DNA from: Lama glama
Lineage: Eukaryota
Direction: 5' to 3'
NCBI GenBank assembly: GCA_028534125.1
Contig: CM052818.1
Location: 9,116,001 to 9,180,000 of the forward strand
Length of the DNA stretch: 64,000 bases
This document shows, piece after piece, positions 50,200-63,942 of the stretch (its first letter is position 1; each line of letters starts with the position of its first letter). Below the pieces are notes generated by a model, which searched no databases, was not told where the DNA came from, and saw nothing but the letters and a program-made list of their open reading frames with translations. Made by a program: the position numbers and the translations under genes.

Positions 50200-50380
50200 T
50201 TCACGCATAAACGTTCATGGAGGCTTTGGGAGTGATGGATGTGTTCCCAAAGATATGTTTAATATCTTGATGGTGGTGTTGGTTTCACAGATGTATACAT
50301 ATGTCAGAACTTTAACAAAGTGTACACTTTAAACAAATGCAATTTATTATGAGTCATTTATGCCTCAATAAAGCTGCTTA
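50200..50380 (+). mobile_element. L1M 3'-end fragment
   Basis: tatcttgatggtggtgttggtttcacagatgtatacatatgtca...cctcaataaagctg. Confidence 0.75.
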
Positions 50381-51849
50381 AAGTGTTTATATGGAGTGAC
50401 TACAGAGTTGCTGGCATTGGGTTAGCTTTCCAGACACAAAGAAGACATAGCCAGGACCCCAGCCCTCAAAGGGCTTTTAGCTGAGTGTGGCCCAGATGTG
50501 GAAGCACACAGAGAAATAGGGAGGGGCATGACATAGAGACCACGTTGCTGTATCTCAATTTCCTTTTCTATCACATCTGCCTGCCTACCTCAAAGGACAT
50601 GATAAGAGTCAAGAAAACACTTCGTGACAAATGCTATGCAAATATATAGGGGTTGTTTTCAAAACAAGATGGTTACTGTTAAGTAACCTATTTAGAATCC
50701 TTGCTGAACTACTTTCAAGATGTGGATGTGAAATAATTACTGAAGATGTTATGCCTATATACAGAGTGATGAAAATCAGACTTCGGTTTGAATCTGACTT
50801 CGCCATTATCATAGTAATGTCATTTGTGTGACCTTGGGTAACTTGACCTCTCTAATACCGCTCCATAAAATGGAAAAATTAAAATTGATCTCAAATGTTT
50901 GAAGATTAAATGAAATGATATATATTAAGTGTTTATTACAGAGCAATAACAAAAAGTACATTTGATTTTTTTAAAAGCAGACTTAATTCCTTTCCAACTA
51001 ACTAGTTCACATCTGATGATTCCTTTTATCTCCTCTTAAGCTATTTTTACACATCGACAGTTTTAATAATAATATCCACTGCTATAACAATTGTAACAAT
51101 AATTCCAAATTGTGTCCCTGTTTTATTGTAGGAGGATTTTAGGTTGTGGGTAGGAGGATGGAAAAAAGACAAAGCATCAGATAAGGTTGGTTGTCACCTT
51201 GCAGTCTTTGACTAATTCATCCTGCTCTTATCCCAGTTTGATGGCCCCAGATCTTTCTGGGAATAATAGTTTTACCTATCCTGTAAGAGCCTTATTTGTT
51301 TCCTTTGTTGTCTTTGATAGTGGAAGAAATACAGAAGGTCCTTAGGGGTGAAGAAAATAAGGTATACTCAACCCATACAGCTCTTCCTACTTCAGTGTTG
51401 ATCCATAAACTGAGGTAGGGAATGCAATTTTCGGATATTCACTGAACATTATTTTAGTGGGTGGCTCTATACAGAGCCCCTAAAAGCAACTGAAGAGAGA
51501 ATTACTTCATTTCCACAATCGAAACCCTGAGGACCTTATTATCTTACTTCCTTTTTGATTTGTGAAAGTTGTTTAAATCTATGCAGAACATTGTTTACTT
51601 TTCTAGTGCTGATGCCAATTTAACAAGAATGCTTCAAAAATTTCCCAAAATAAAGCCTTGAGTTTTATTTCCATTTTAAAATCTAAGAACTATGCTAACA
51701 TGCTGGGGGTCTTATCAGAGGCACTTTCATGATCCTTCTCTTGTCAGCTGTAGGCATCAAAGTCATAGAAATACAGCATCTGCTTGGCGGAGATAACTTC
51801 ACTCTTGTTACACCATATTTCTACAGTTACTCTGTTCAAATTTTTAAAT

Positions 51850-52380
51850 ATCATATAAATGGCAAACTCCTTACCACTGCTGCTGAGGCCCACATGAACT
51901 GGCTGGTGCTTGCCTATTTTTCCAAACTCATCCTACCCACTCTTCTCTTCTCCTTGATCACTTTGCTCCAGCCACACTGGTCTCTTTCAGGTCCTCAAAC
52001 ACTCCAAGTTCACTGCCACTTTGGAACCTCTGTTCATGTTGTTTCCTCTGCCTGGAGTGTCCTTTTCTTTGTATGGTCAGGATCCTTGGGTTTCAGCTGA
52101 TGTCTTATCGCTTATTTATTTGAGTGCTTACTATATTGCAGGCATGTTCTAGATGCTTGAGACAGAGCAGTGACCCATGCCCTCAGAGACCACCCGTAAT
52201 GGCTCTAATGAAGAACATCTTTGCCTCCTCCCCTGTTACTTCCCACCTTTCATCCTTGTTTCTGTCTTCTTAGTGCTCATTGCAGTTTATAGTTACTTTG
52301 CTTCTTTACTTTTCTGCTCTTCCCCTAGATGAAGTGTAAGCTCCATGATGGCTGGGGCCTTGTCTAATTTCTTCAGCATC
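51850..52380 (+). mobile_element. L2 3' fragment
   Basis: gctccagccacactggtctc, tcctctgcctgga, tgtaagctccatga. Confidence 0.75.
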
Positions 52381-53344
52381 TGAAGAAATTTAACATGTCA
52401 TTTGTTAAAAACTAAAGCTAAAGAAGAAATAAATTATGTCTAGTGCAGATTCAACATAGAAAATGAGTAAATCTCTAACATAAAGTTTCTAGCTCATAAT
52501 AAATGCCCATCATAATAGTTTTTGAATGTATAAATGAATGAATAAATTTGAATTTAATGCCATATGTCCTATATAGGTTGATTATAATGACTCATATATC
52601 AACCAGTAATTTTGGTTTTTTCATCTCACCTGATTCTATCTCAACTAAAGTTTAAAGTCCTGCCCAAGGATCTGGGACATGAAATAATTTCCTTTAAAAA
52701 AGCCTTAAGCTTATTTTCTGTGTATTTTCTTAAAGAACTTCTGTCACACATACTAACAACATCTTATAAGTTCTGCAAAATGATGTTGTTATGGAATACT
52801 TACATTAACGGAGTCTCTTATTTAAATAATATTGGAAAATATTTACATAACTATAAACCTCAGTGTTGGAAGGAAACCCATGTTAATTGAACACATACTA
52901 CTCCCCTAAATTATCTCCATTAATCTTCACAATACTAGTTGAAAGAGAGATTATCCTCATTTTACAGCTACAGAAACTGAGAGTCTGGGAAGTTAAGTAA
53001 ACTGCTCCAGGATAAATAGTAGATAGTGGTGTGAAGATTCCAGTCTTTGAATTCCATGAACAAGGCTCTCTCTCTTTGTGCTTACCAAGACCCAGGCATT
53101 AGAAATACAGAGATGGATAAGGCACAGTACCTGTCTCCTAGAAGATTAGAAGCCAGCCAGTCAGTTAGAAATGTAAGCAGATAATTGAAATAAGTTCTAA
53201 ACTTCTCTGTGTATTGGAGAGTTAGTCATTCTCCCTGGAGTAGCAGCCGCTTAAGGTAGATACCACATGCCAGGTCTCTTTCTCAGTTTAGTGTTTTATT
53301 TTTCAAGTACTTTTATTGTACTGTTAAGGTCTATTTCCTTTATA

Positions 53345-53535
53345 AAGATTAACTCATATAATTCCCATTTAACCACCCTATGAGGTAATTACTATGATAT
53401 CCCCATTTTACAGATGAGAAAATAAGGTACAGATAGGTTGAATAACTTACCCAAAGCCACGCAGCTAGTAAGTAGCAATGCTAGGATTCAAATCCAAGCA
53501 GTCTGGCTCAAGAGTCAATATTTCAGCCACTAGAT
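53345..53535 (-). mobile_element. MIR
   Basis: atccccattttacagatgagaaaa...aacttacccaaagccacgcagctagtaagt...ggattcaaatccaagcagtctggctc. Confidence 0.85.
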
Positions 53536-55434
53536 TATGTTGCCGTTAAACCTTCCTAGACTCAGAAAATTCAATGTTAGCATCCACCACATCTGATTCT
53601 AGGGCTATCTTATTACTGATCCATTAGGTGCCACCTTATTGTTTAACAATGAACAATATAACTATCAAGTAGACCAAACACACTTGCTTATTACTCTCTT
53701 CCTGGACAATTCTACCTATGAAGGCAGTTTATAATGAGAGGCTTATTGGTGTGCATGGAATTAGATCAAGGGGAATTAGCTCGCTGATCTTAAGGATTCC
53801 ACTGTAGGGTTGTATCGGTGGCAACCATTTCCCTGGACAATACTAAAAGCATCCTACTTTTCAGACTCTCTTTTTCTAAGCTTACAATGATGATCAATCC
53901 TCCTCAAAGTTTGAAATACACTTTCTTTAGACATTATATTAGTCAGAACTCCTCTGGTTTGAGTGTGGAGAGTCCCAACTGAAATAAATGTAATGGCAAA
54001 TAGGAATTATTTAACCCATGTCCCTGGAAAGTTAAGAGGTGGACATACTTCACATAGCTTGACTCTAATGAAATCAACCTCCAGATTTCTTTCTCTATCT
54101 GTGTCCCTCACCCTCCACAACTCTTGACTGTTTATCTTTGTGTATTGACCTCATTCATTCCTAGAGAAAGATACTTACAGGACCATGCTGGGTGACCTAT
54201 CCTGTTTTGGATCAATGAATATGGTCTTGTTCAGTTAGGATTGGTTCATTTGTTTATCTCTGTGGCCCTGGGGGTCTGAGTTCACTTGATAATCCCATGA
54301 GAAGAATATGTTGGAGAGAAGGAAGATACATTCCTCAAAGGAAGTAGGGATGATGTACAAATGAAAACAATACAATCAGTAAGCAATTTGTAGCCTGAAG
54401 CAAAAGAAAACAATCATTAAAACCAATTCTGTCTTTTTTTAAAATCTTGATATTTTCATGATGGATTTTTTTTTTGCATTTTTGAGTTTTTAAAATATTG
54501 CACTTAAATACTATTTTTCTTGTTTTTTTAGTTTTTGGCATCCCTTAAATTTTGCATTAGAGGCATCTCACTTGCCTGCCTTTCTCGCCCTAGTCCTGGC
54601 TTGCCATGAGGTGTCAACTTATTTCAGAGGTTAGCCTGGTGTCTAGCTCAAGTAAGTACTCAATAAATGTTTGCAAAATGAATAGATTTAGGAACAAATT
54701 GAATCAAGTTTAGTCAATGAGATAGATGATAAAGTTGCTTTCAGTTCTATCATTTTTAATATACGAAAGTACATATTTTATAAACTCATGTTAAACTCAA
54801 GAGACTGAATGATAAATCAGAGTGTCAGTTTAAATTTTTGCAATTAGAAATGTGAGACAGAGAGAAAGGTAGAGGGATAGAAAATTTACTAATGTTTGTT
54901 GAACCCTTACACTGTGGATGTACTGTCCATTATATGAGGCATTTTGTTTGTGTCATTACATTTAATACAAGCCTGTGAGGTTGATAGTTTTATATTGTAT
55001 GAAGCTCAGGATAACTTGATCAATAACTAATAAATGACAGAAAGAATTTTAATCTCGATCTTTCTGCCTATAATGGCCTTATTCTGGCCACTATGTATAT
55101 TGGAGGCAAGGTAAGCTAGAGGAGAAGAAAAAGATATTGAGAAAGATACAACTGTCACAGTGTCAAACTCATGTCTTACATATAAGCCTCAGATACGAAA
55201 CATATATATAATATATAAAATGTAACTTCCAGTTGGACTAGATAAACCAGTTATCTTGGCTAACGAAGCCATTCTCTTCTCAATAGGAAATTCTACTTTT
55301 TTTCCCCATTTAAACACAAACAAGAAATAACTTGTCTCTTCTTCACACTCCCCAAATCTAAAAGTAATTCACAATTATGGATAGTGGACTGAGAACATGG
55401 TAGATCACCACCTCTCACCTAAAATCCAGAAAGG

Positions 55435-55456
55435 GTGTGTGTGTGTGTGTGTGTGT
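55435..55456. repeat. (GT)11 microsatellite
   Basis: Perfect gt run. Confidence 0.9.
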
Positions 55457-55890
55457 AACACAAAATACATACATGCATTCACTCTTTCATGCATGAAAAA
55501 TGTGCAGTATTCATTGGATACCTACTATTTTTCTGTTTTCTATTTCTACATGTTAACACACACACATGTGCACATGTATGCACATCAACTTATCACAGCT
55601 TGGAAAAACTAGAAAGTTTAATCAGAAACAGTGAGAAGTTCCTAAGAGTTCTCAAACAGGATGAGATATATCTAGGAACAAAGCTAAAAGAAACCACGGC
55701 CCAAAAACTTGGCAGGAGAAGAGGGCTATAGAGATAGGACTTAAGTGTCATATCAACTCCAGACTCAATGGATAAAGCAAGCAAGAGAGACAAACCCTGG
55801 ACACTGATTCATCAAACTGATTAATTGAGGGGCTATATAAGAAGTAACTGGCTGGTCGACCACTGACTTGTTTCCCACTCCCCCACTAAA

Positions 55891-55930
55891 CAACAGCAGC
55901 AGCAGCAGCAGCAGCAATAGCAATAGCAAT
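55891..55930. repeat. CAA(CAG)7 followed by (CAATAG)2
   Basis: Directly visible in the sequence. Confidence 0.9.
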
Positions 55931-56289
55931 GCTTGTTCATTGGCTAAAGAAGGGTGGACACAAGCCAGAGAGAGCTGTGCTGCTCAGGCCAGCTCCTGAA
56001 CACCAGGAAGGACAGGAAACTCCGTCTCAGAAAATAAGTCATTAAGACACTCTTCCTAGTAGCACAGACCTTCCCCTTAGTTAAAAAGGCAAGCTATTGT
56101 AATGTATATTGAATCTATTGAGCAGGAAACTAAGGATTAACAGATACAAGAATCATCAAATTTTGTGAAAAATCAACCCCATGTAAGAAAAGCACTGAAC
56201 TCAAACAGAAGAACTAAGCACTCAAGGAAAGAGGGTTAATAGATGATCTGTTAATAGAAGAGATATAGTTGAATAAATTAGTGAGTGGA

Positions 56290-56432
56290 AAGGAGGGAGG
56301 TAGAGCATGTGCTTAGCATGCATGAGATGCTGGGTTCAATCCCCAGTACCTCTATTAATATAAATAAATAAATACAATCTAATTACCTCCCCCCAAAACA
56401 AAACAAAAATGTTGAAAAAATTACGTAAAATA
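56290..56432 (+). mobile_element. Vic-1-like SINE inside an old L1 ORF1-region remnant (~56100-57000)
   Basis: gtagagcatgtgcttagcatgcatgagatgctgggttcaatccccagtacc. TSD aataaattagtg at 56272 and 56433. Confidence 0.85.
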
Positions 56433-57374
56433 AATAAATTAGTGGAAGATAGAGCTGAGGAATTCTCCCTTAATGCATTTAAAAAGATGAAGAAAAGTTA
56501 ATAGATCTAGAAGATTCAATATTCATGTAATAGAGGCATTAGAAAGAGAGAGAGTGAATGCAGAGGAAAAGTAATGGTAAAAGTGGATTTCTCAGAGTTT
56601 AATAAAGGTATGTCTTTAAATTGAAAATGTTAACCAAGATGAATGAAACAGAACCAACACCCAGACTTGTCCTGGTGAAATTTTAGAACACTAGGGATAA
56701 AGATAAAATCCTAAAAGCTTCCAAAGGGAGAAACAGGTTAAGATCAAAGGAATGAGAATCAGTGTGGCATCAAGATTTCTCACTGGTAACACTGCTGGAA
56801 GACAACAGAACAGTATCTTCACAGATCTGAGGGGAGGAAAAAAACCAACTAGCTCTCAAGTGAGAGTACGGAATAGTTTTGCATACCCAAAGATTCAGAA
56901 ACTTTACCTCCCCAACATACCCTAGATCTTTATTGAAATAATTATTTTGGAATATACCCTAGCAAAATGAACAAGGAATCCAAGAAAGAGGAAGATGTAA
57001 GATTTAGGAACTAATGTGAGGGGGAGATTGGGTAGGCTTGAGGTACAGTGTATTCTGGATTACTACTAATTACCTTGTATGCTTGACCTCCAAGACCCAT
57101 TCCAATTCTAGATGGTACTTAAGATTTTCATCAGCAACAAGATTCTATTCAAGAAATATAATCAGAAATTTTGTTGAGTATAAGGGACTCTTCTAACTCA
57201 TAACTAAACTCTGGAATATGGCTCTATTGTTTCTTACAGGATTAGAGTTGAGAAAATCATGTTTGCAATGAAAATAATTACATGATATTTTACTCATCAC
57301 TGCATTTTGCCAATTGCAAAAGTTTGGATTGAAAGATTGTTCTCTCTCATAGAGGCATATAAAGATGGGAGATG

Positions 57375-57640
57375 TCATAGACAGAGAATACAGACTTGTG
57401 GTTGCCAGGGGGGTGGAGGGTGGGAAGGGATAGACTGGGATTTCAAAATTGTAGAACAGATAAACAAGATTACACTGTATAGCACAGGGAAATATACACA
57501 AAATGTTATGATAACTCACAGAGAAAAAAATGTGATAATGAGTGTGTATATGTCCATGAATGACTGAAAAATTGTGCTGAACACTGGAATTTGACACAAC
57601 ATTGTAAAATGATTATAAATCAATAAAAAAAATGTTAAAA
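57375..57640 (+). mobile_element. Young short L1 3' insertion
   Basis: Perfect 14-bp TSD aaagatgggagatg at 57361-57374 and 57641-57654; gtggttgccaggggg, ctgtatagcacaggga, A-rich tail. Confidence 0.9.
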
Positions 57641-57837
57641 AAAGATGGGAGATGGTATAGCAAAGTGTTCTGTGATGTCATACTGATCTGGGTTTGAATT
57701 ATGACTCTGAGATTTGATCTTGAGTGAAATATTTAACTTCTCTGAACCTCAGTTTATTCACACATGGGGATAATAAGACCTACCTCTTAGGTTTGTGTAA
57801 AGATTTAAGAAGTTAACATATGTAAAGTAGCATAGTG

Positions 57838-58006
57838 CGCCAAGAGTTTGAACCCTGGTTGCACGTTAGAATCATTCAGGGGGCTTTAAAAAACTATAGC
57901 TACTCAAGCCCCAGCCCTAGAGATCTGGTTTCAGTTGGTTCCAGGTTGGTATATTTTAAAAGCTTCCCAGGTGATTCTAATGTATGTACAAGGTTGAGAA
58001 AAACTG
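57838..58006. mobile_element. MER5A1-like element nested in a MIR (57655-58055)
   Basis: ccctggttgcacgttagaatca...aagcttcccaggtgattctaatgt...gttgagaaaaactg; MIR text on both sides. Confidence 0.75.
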
Positions 58007-59099
58007 ACAAACATATATATGGCTGGCACAAAGTAAGTACCCAATAAATGATAACTTCAAAAAATTGAAGGGAAAATGTAATAGAAAGCTTCTAGATAGA
58101 GATGGATTTAACTTGAAGCAAATGAGGCTTAAGTTTCAGGACCCTTCTAAGGCTCAGTGAGGCTTCCTTCAAGTGAGGGGAGGAGGTTAGCAGCCCGTGC
58201 CCAGTGCCAAAGTACTGCCCCACCTGGGGTCACCTGCCTGTGCCACCTAATTCTCTTTTTCTTCCCTATTTCTCGTTCTTCCAACTGCAAAAGGAATTTT
58301 AGATATTAGAAGAATCAGCCAGATTTTGTAACAAGGATAAAAATTATTTCCATGGGAAAGTCTCAGTATACGCCACAAATAGGTAATTCTTGTTATCCTG
58401 TTTCACTAGTATTGAAATCAACACCTAGAGATTATATGACTGCCTCAAGTCACAGATCAGCAAATAGTAGCCGCAGCAGCACAGTAACAGAATCCACGAG
58501 TCTTATCTTACACTCCTGTGTCTAAGCACACTGGTATATCTCCTGGGCAATTTCACAGGTCTGTGCTGGGTGATCCTGCATCAACTCTGGAGGATGGTAC
58601 CACTGACCTTTTGAAACTTGCCCCATTCCCTGAGTAATTGATATGTCCTCAGGCCTTACTAGCATGTGACCTCAGAATAAGGCCACACAGCTTAATATCT
58701 AGACCACAGCTCTGAGCTTGGAAGTCTGTGCCTCTGCTGGATCCACACACTCCTCCCCACTGCTCCCAAGTCCAAGGAGTGTTTAGGAGTTGCTTATCCT
58801 CTCTGTCAATCCCTTACTTGGACGGGCGTCCTCCAAGGCCCTGGGAGAAACCCTGGCAGTGTATTCAAATAAGTGTATGTTTTTATAAAATTCGGAATTA
58901 TTTAAATCTCAATCAGTTGACTTCTGTCTTTTTCTATTACTACTTCCACTCCTTTACATCCTCCTGTCCAGAGTGGTACTGGATTGGCTGTGGGCCTTTT
59001 TATAGGATCTAGCAAAGAGGAAGGTACATACTATATGTATATGTTCCTCAAAAATATTTCTTTAAAGAGAAAGCTAAGTTGGAAATATGCTGTTTTTAG

Positions 59100-60035
59100 C
59101 AGGTTTAATATTGGCTATTGTTGACATAACAACAAAGGTACATATTTAGAGTATACAACTTGATAGTTTTGACTTATATATAGCCTGAGAAACCATCACC
59201 AAATCAAGATAATGACCAGACCCATCACCCTCAAAGTTTTCTCATGCGTCTTGGAATTCCTCCCTCCTGCCTTCACTTCCATCCCCAGGAAACCACTTAT
59301 CTGCTTTCTGTCAGTATAGATTAGTTTGTATTTTCTATAATACTCTATAAATGGAATCATACAGTATGTATTCTTTTTTTGTCTGGCTTTTTTCACTTAA
59401 CATAGTTATTTGGGGATTCAGCTATGTTGTGTGTATCAGTAGTTTGTTCTCTTTTATTGCTAAATAGTATTCCATTTTATGAATATACTGCGATTTCCTT
59501 ATCCATTCTACTGGTGGGAGATGTTTGGATTGCTTCCAGTTTGGGGCAATTACAAACAGAGTTACTGTGAACATTTGTGAAATAATCTTTGTATGAACAT
59601 ATGTTTTCATTTCTCTTGACTGAATACCTGGAAGTAGAAAGGCTGTGTCAGATGGTAGATATATATTTAATTTTTAAGAAATTACCAAGTCTTCCAAAGT
59701 GGTTGTATCATTTTACATTCCCACTGGCAAGGTATAAAAGTTCTAGTTGATCCATATCCTTGCTAATACTTAGTATGGTCAGCCTTTTTTCTTTTCTTTT
59801 TTTTTTTTTTTTAGCCATTCTAATAAGGGTAGTGGAATCTCACTATGATTTTAATTTACATTTCCCTAATGGCTAATGATGTAGAATATCTTTTCATGTG
59901 CTTATCTGGCATCTTTATAGCTTCTCTATGAAGTATCTTTTCTTTTCAAGTCTTTTGCCCATTTTTAAAATGTTTTTGGTGTTTGTTTTCCTATTGTTGA
60001 GTTTTGAGAGGTCTTTATAGATTCTAGATATTCTT
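59100..60035 (-). mobile_element. L1MB/L1MC-like 3' region
   Basis: ORF 59422-59610 (MFTVTLFVIAPNWKQSK...MEYYLAIK). Confidence 0.85.
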
Positions 60036-60037
60036 AG

Positions 60038-60930
60038 ATGTGGTCTGGCTCCAGATGGCCAGGATAAGCCAATGACCATGGATGACAGAATATTTCCAAA
60101 TCTGATTACCAAGTCTTGAATAATGCTACCTGTTGGGCATCTTCTATGCCACCCTGCAACTACCACATTTCACTTCATTTCTGCCACCAGATGTGTGGGT
60201 TTTCCAAACATCTAGCAATTCTCTGACACAGCTGGATGTCGCACACTTCAACTCAATTCTGACACTACCTATTTAGAGATAGTATCAGATCTCATAGATC
60301 AAGGGCTCAGTCCCACAAGACACCCTCCCCTCCCATCTTCAGATGTCAATCGCAAGTCCCTGGTTGTCACCTGTACTTCTGACTGATCAGCTATACATCC
60401 CATGCCTCACTCTTTGGGCTTTATAATTTGCTAGAATGACTCACAGAACTCAGGGAAATACTTAACTCATGTTTATCTGTTTATTATAAAAGGATAAGAT
60501 AAAGGCTACAGATGAACATCCAGATAGAAGATATGCATAAGGCAAGATATGAGGGAAGGGGCACAGAGCTTCCATATCCTTGCCGGGCATGCCACCCTCC
60601 TGGTACTTCCATCCTCCTTGTGTTCAGCAATCTACAAGCTCCCTTTACTTTTGGGATTTCTGGAGGCTTCATCACCTAGACAAGACTGATCATTAACTCA
60701 GTTTCTGGCCTCTCTCCCCTTCCTGCATGCTAGAGGGTGAGCTGAAAGTTCCAAGCTTCTAATCATGATTTGGTCTTTCTGGTGACTAGCCCCCATCCAG
60801 GAGCCCACCAACCATTGCCTCGTTAGAACAGGACACTCCTGTCACTTAGAAAATTACAAGGATTTTAGGAGATTTGTGTCAGGAACCATGGGCAGAGACC
60901 AATACATACATTTTCTATTATTTTACACAC
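60038..60930 (-). mobile_element. MER21-like LTR
   Basis: ccagatgtgtgggttttcc...caattctgacactacc...agggctcagtcccacaagac...gctgaaagttccaagcttctaatcatg. Confidence 0.85.
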
Positions 60931-61139
60931 TCAAAGTCTTTTTCATAGCTTTTCTTCAAGCATGGGGAGAAGACAAGTTCAGACCTGCATGTTAATCTGC
61001 CTGCAATCTAGCCTTACAATCTCCCGTGATCAAAAGCTTTAACAAAAATTTACACACTTCTTCCAAGAACCATCACTTTCACGGATACTCCAGTCTACAG
61101 TTGCAATGAGAAAGACAAAAAACAAAACCAGCTCCCTTA

Positions 61140-61234
61140 GGGGGAGGGTAATAGCTCAGTGGTAGAGTGCATGCTTAGCATGCACAAGGTCCTGCGTTCA
61201 GTCCCCAGTACCACCATTAAACAAAAACAAAAAC
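61140..61234 (+). mobile_element. Vic-1-like SINE, well preserved
   Basis: ggggagggtaatagctcagtggtagagtgcatgcttagcatgcacaaggtcctgcgttcagtccccagtacc with Pol III A/B-box-like elements. Confidence 0.92.
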
Positions 61235-62644
61235 CCCAGGTCTCTTACTCAAAAAGCATATAGCCCTGCTATATTCGTACTTCAATGAAAATCTTAGCAT
61301 TTTAAAGTTTTCGACCCTTTACAGCTTACAGTTTGTCCTCACAGTGTCTCTAAGAACAATTGATGGGTTCCTGCTTGCCATTTGCATTTTGCATGTTCCA
61401 TTTTGGCAACTTTCCTCCAAAGCAAAGATTTCCATCTCTGCTTCTAGAGACAGAACATTTATAATAAATAGCACTTCTTCAGCTTCTCAAAACATTAAAC
61501 TTGCTTATGTGCTGGATGCTGAAATAAATAAATAAATACACACACACACATATGTATGAGTGTTGCAGATGTTCTATATCGTTGTGTGTATATATATATG
61601 TAACTCTTTCTTCTAAAGAACTTCTGATTGAGGTGGGTTGGGGAGTCTCGGGACCAATGGAAGCATTTTGGAGGTTCCTAATGCTCCCAGATATGTGAGC
61701 CTAGCATCTAGCCATTTCCAAACACTGATAAAACTCTGATGGAAAAGTAAGGGGGTGACCCTAAATGGAGCCAAGAGGTGGATGGCAGAATGTTTTTTCC
61801 ATCCTAAACTGCTCTCTGCTGCTATAAACTTGAGTTATGCAAAAACAAAGGTTTTACAGACGGGCATGGAATAGGAAAACTCTTGGAAATTACAGTTAAA
61901 ATTGTGCAAAGAACAACTGTAGCTGATCCAAGACAATACGAGGCCACAGAGTAGAGAGAGAGCTGAGGGAATTCAAGGGTCTTGGAATAAACTGACAGTA
62001 GTATGAAAATTAGTTATATTTCTGGATCCCAGGAATATTAAAATATTTCCCAAAGTTTTGCCATTTTTTCTGCCTTAACTCTCTTTTTGTTTATGCTCCT
62101 TCTCAGCTTAAATTAGAAAATTCTTTAAGTCATTTTTCACCAGATTTTATTGTGGAATCTTGAAAGCCTTTGGAAACTAAAACCAAGTCAACCAAAGGAA
62201 TTTAAAAAATCACAGTTGTTTGGGAAACATTTATTGTAGAGTCAAACTGGGACATTGTGCTGTACAGTAGAAATTGACACATTGTAATTGACTATACTTC
62301 AATTAAAAAAAAGCATTATACCTCTCAACATCCTCTGATCACTTTATCATAGTCAACATTATCATATCATCATCATTATTACATGACTATTAAGCTTATT
62401 TATCAGCATTAACTATCTGCCAGGCACCAAACTATGTATTTTATACATTGTATCTTTCAATATCTCAGAATTGCCTTATGTGTTAGATTGAAAAACAGAG
62501 GCACAGAGAAATTAAATAATTCACTCACAGTTACAAACTAGTGAACAGTGAAGTTAAAAATCAAGCACTGACCCATTTAACCCCAGAGTCATGCTCATAA
62601 CTGGCTCACTATATTCACTCTTTCACTCAGTGACTGATGTTTGT

Positions 62645-62990
62645 GGAAGCAGATTTACCATGAACTAGTGAAGCTTAAGTTTCAGGCCCTCTCATCAGTA
62701 CAAGCATCTTTCAAAGCCTTGGGAGTTGGGGGAGGGGTCCCTAATGTGTTCACATGGCCACAGATTTTTGTAAAATAAACAGTTAAGACTGCTGTCCCTT
62801 CAGTCCAAGTCCTCCTCCATCCCGCATGGGTCTTTGGAGTGGCCATAGACACTCTGAGGATCACGCTGAATTGGGAATTGGGGGATACATTTAATTTGGG
62901 TTTTATGTAGTATTTTATGTAGTTCACAATCACTTTTGTGTACAGTTAAGCATTTGCTATCTATATTGATATAGGAATGGCTTTTAGTGA
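62645..62990 (+). mobile_element. Zaphod/MER115-like hAT-Tip100 fragment (related pieces at ~58098-58160 and ~58820-58900)
   Basis: gcagatttaccatgaactagtgaagcttaagtttcaggccc. Confidence 0.6.
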
Positions 62991-62991
62991 T

Positions 62992-63942
62992 TCTTTTTTT
63001 TAATTAACTGCAAAATTGTTTTTTATCTTTATTTTTTAATTGAAGTATAGTTGATTTACAATGTTGTATTAGTTTCTGGTAAACAGCATAGTGATTCAGT
63101 TATATATACATGTCTTCATTATAGGTTACTACAAGACATTGAATATAGTTCCCTGTGCTATATAATAGTACCTTATTGCTTATCTATTATGTATAAAGTA
63201 GTTTGTATCTGCTAATCTCAAACTCTTAATTTACCCCTCCCCCACATTTCCCCTTTGGTTACCATGAGTTTATTTTCTATGTCTGTGAATCTGTTTCTGT
63301 TTTGTAAATAAGTTCGTTTGTATCATTTTTTTAGATTCCACATATAAGTGATATCAAGCAATATTTGTCTTTCTGTCTGACTCATTTCACTTAGTGTGAC
63401 GATCTCCAGGTCCATCCATGTTGCTGCAAATGGCATTATTTTATTCTTTTTTATGGCTGAGTAGTATTCCATTATGTGTGTGTGTGTGTGTGTATGTATA
63501 TGTATGTATAAATATAAATATATACACACACATCACAATTTCTTTATCCATTCATCTGTCAATGGACATTTAGGTTGCTTCCACGTCTTGGCTATTGTAA
63601 ATAGTGCTGCTATGAACATTTGGGTGCATGTATCTTTTTGAATTAGAGTTTCCTCCAGATATATTCCCAGGAGTGGGATTGCTAGATCATATGGCAACTC
63701 TATTTTTAGTTATTTAAGGAACCTCCATACTGTTTTCCATAATGGCTGCACCAATTTACATTCCTACCAAGAGTGTAGGAGGGTTCCCTTTTCTTCACAC
63801 CCTCTCCAGCATTTATTGTTTGTGGACTTTTTAATGATGGCCTTTCTGACTAGTGTGAGGTGATACCTCATGGTAGTTTTGATTTGCAGTTCTCTGACAA
63901 TTAGCAGTATTGAGCATCTTTTCATGTGCCCGTTGGCTGACT
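62992..63942 (-). mobile_element. L1 3' region
   Basis: MEYYSAIKKNKIMPFAATWMDLEIVTLSE; poly-T tail at 62992-63040. Confidence 0.92.

Noticed and set aside
55891..55930. CAG run as a polyglutamine exon
   Set aside because: Followed by in-frame TAG codons, with no exon context.
61140..61215. tRNA-Ala-like sequence as a tRNA gene
   Set aside because: It has an A-rich tail and multiple dispersed diverged copies with TSDs, so it is a SINE rather than a tRNA gene.
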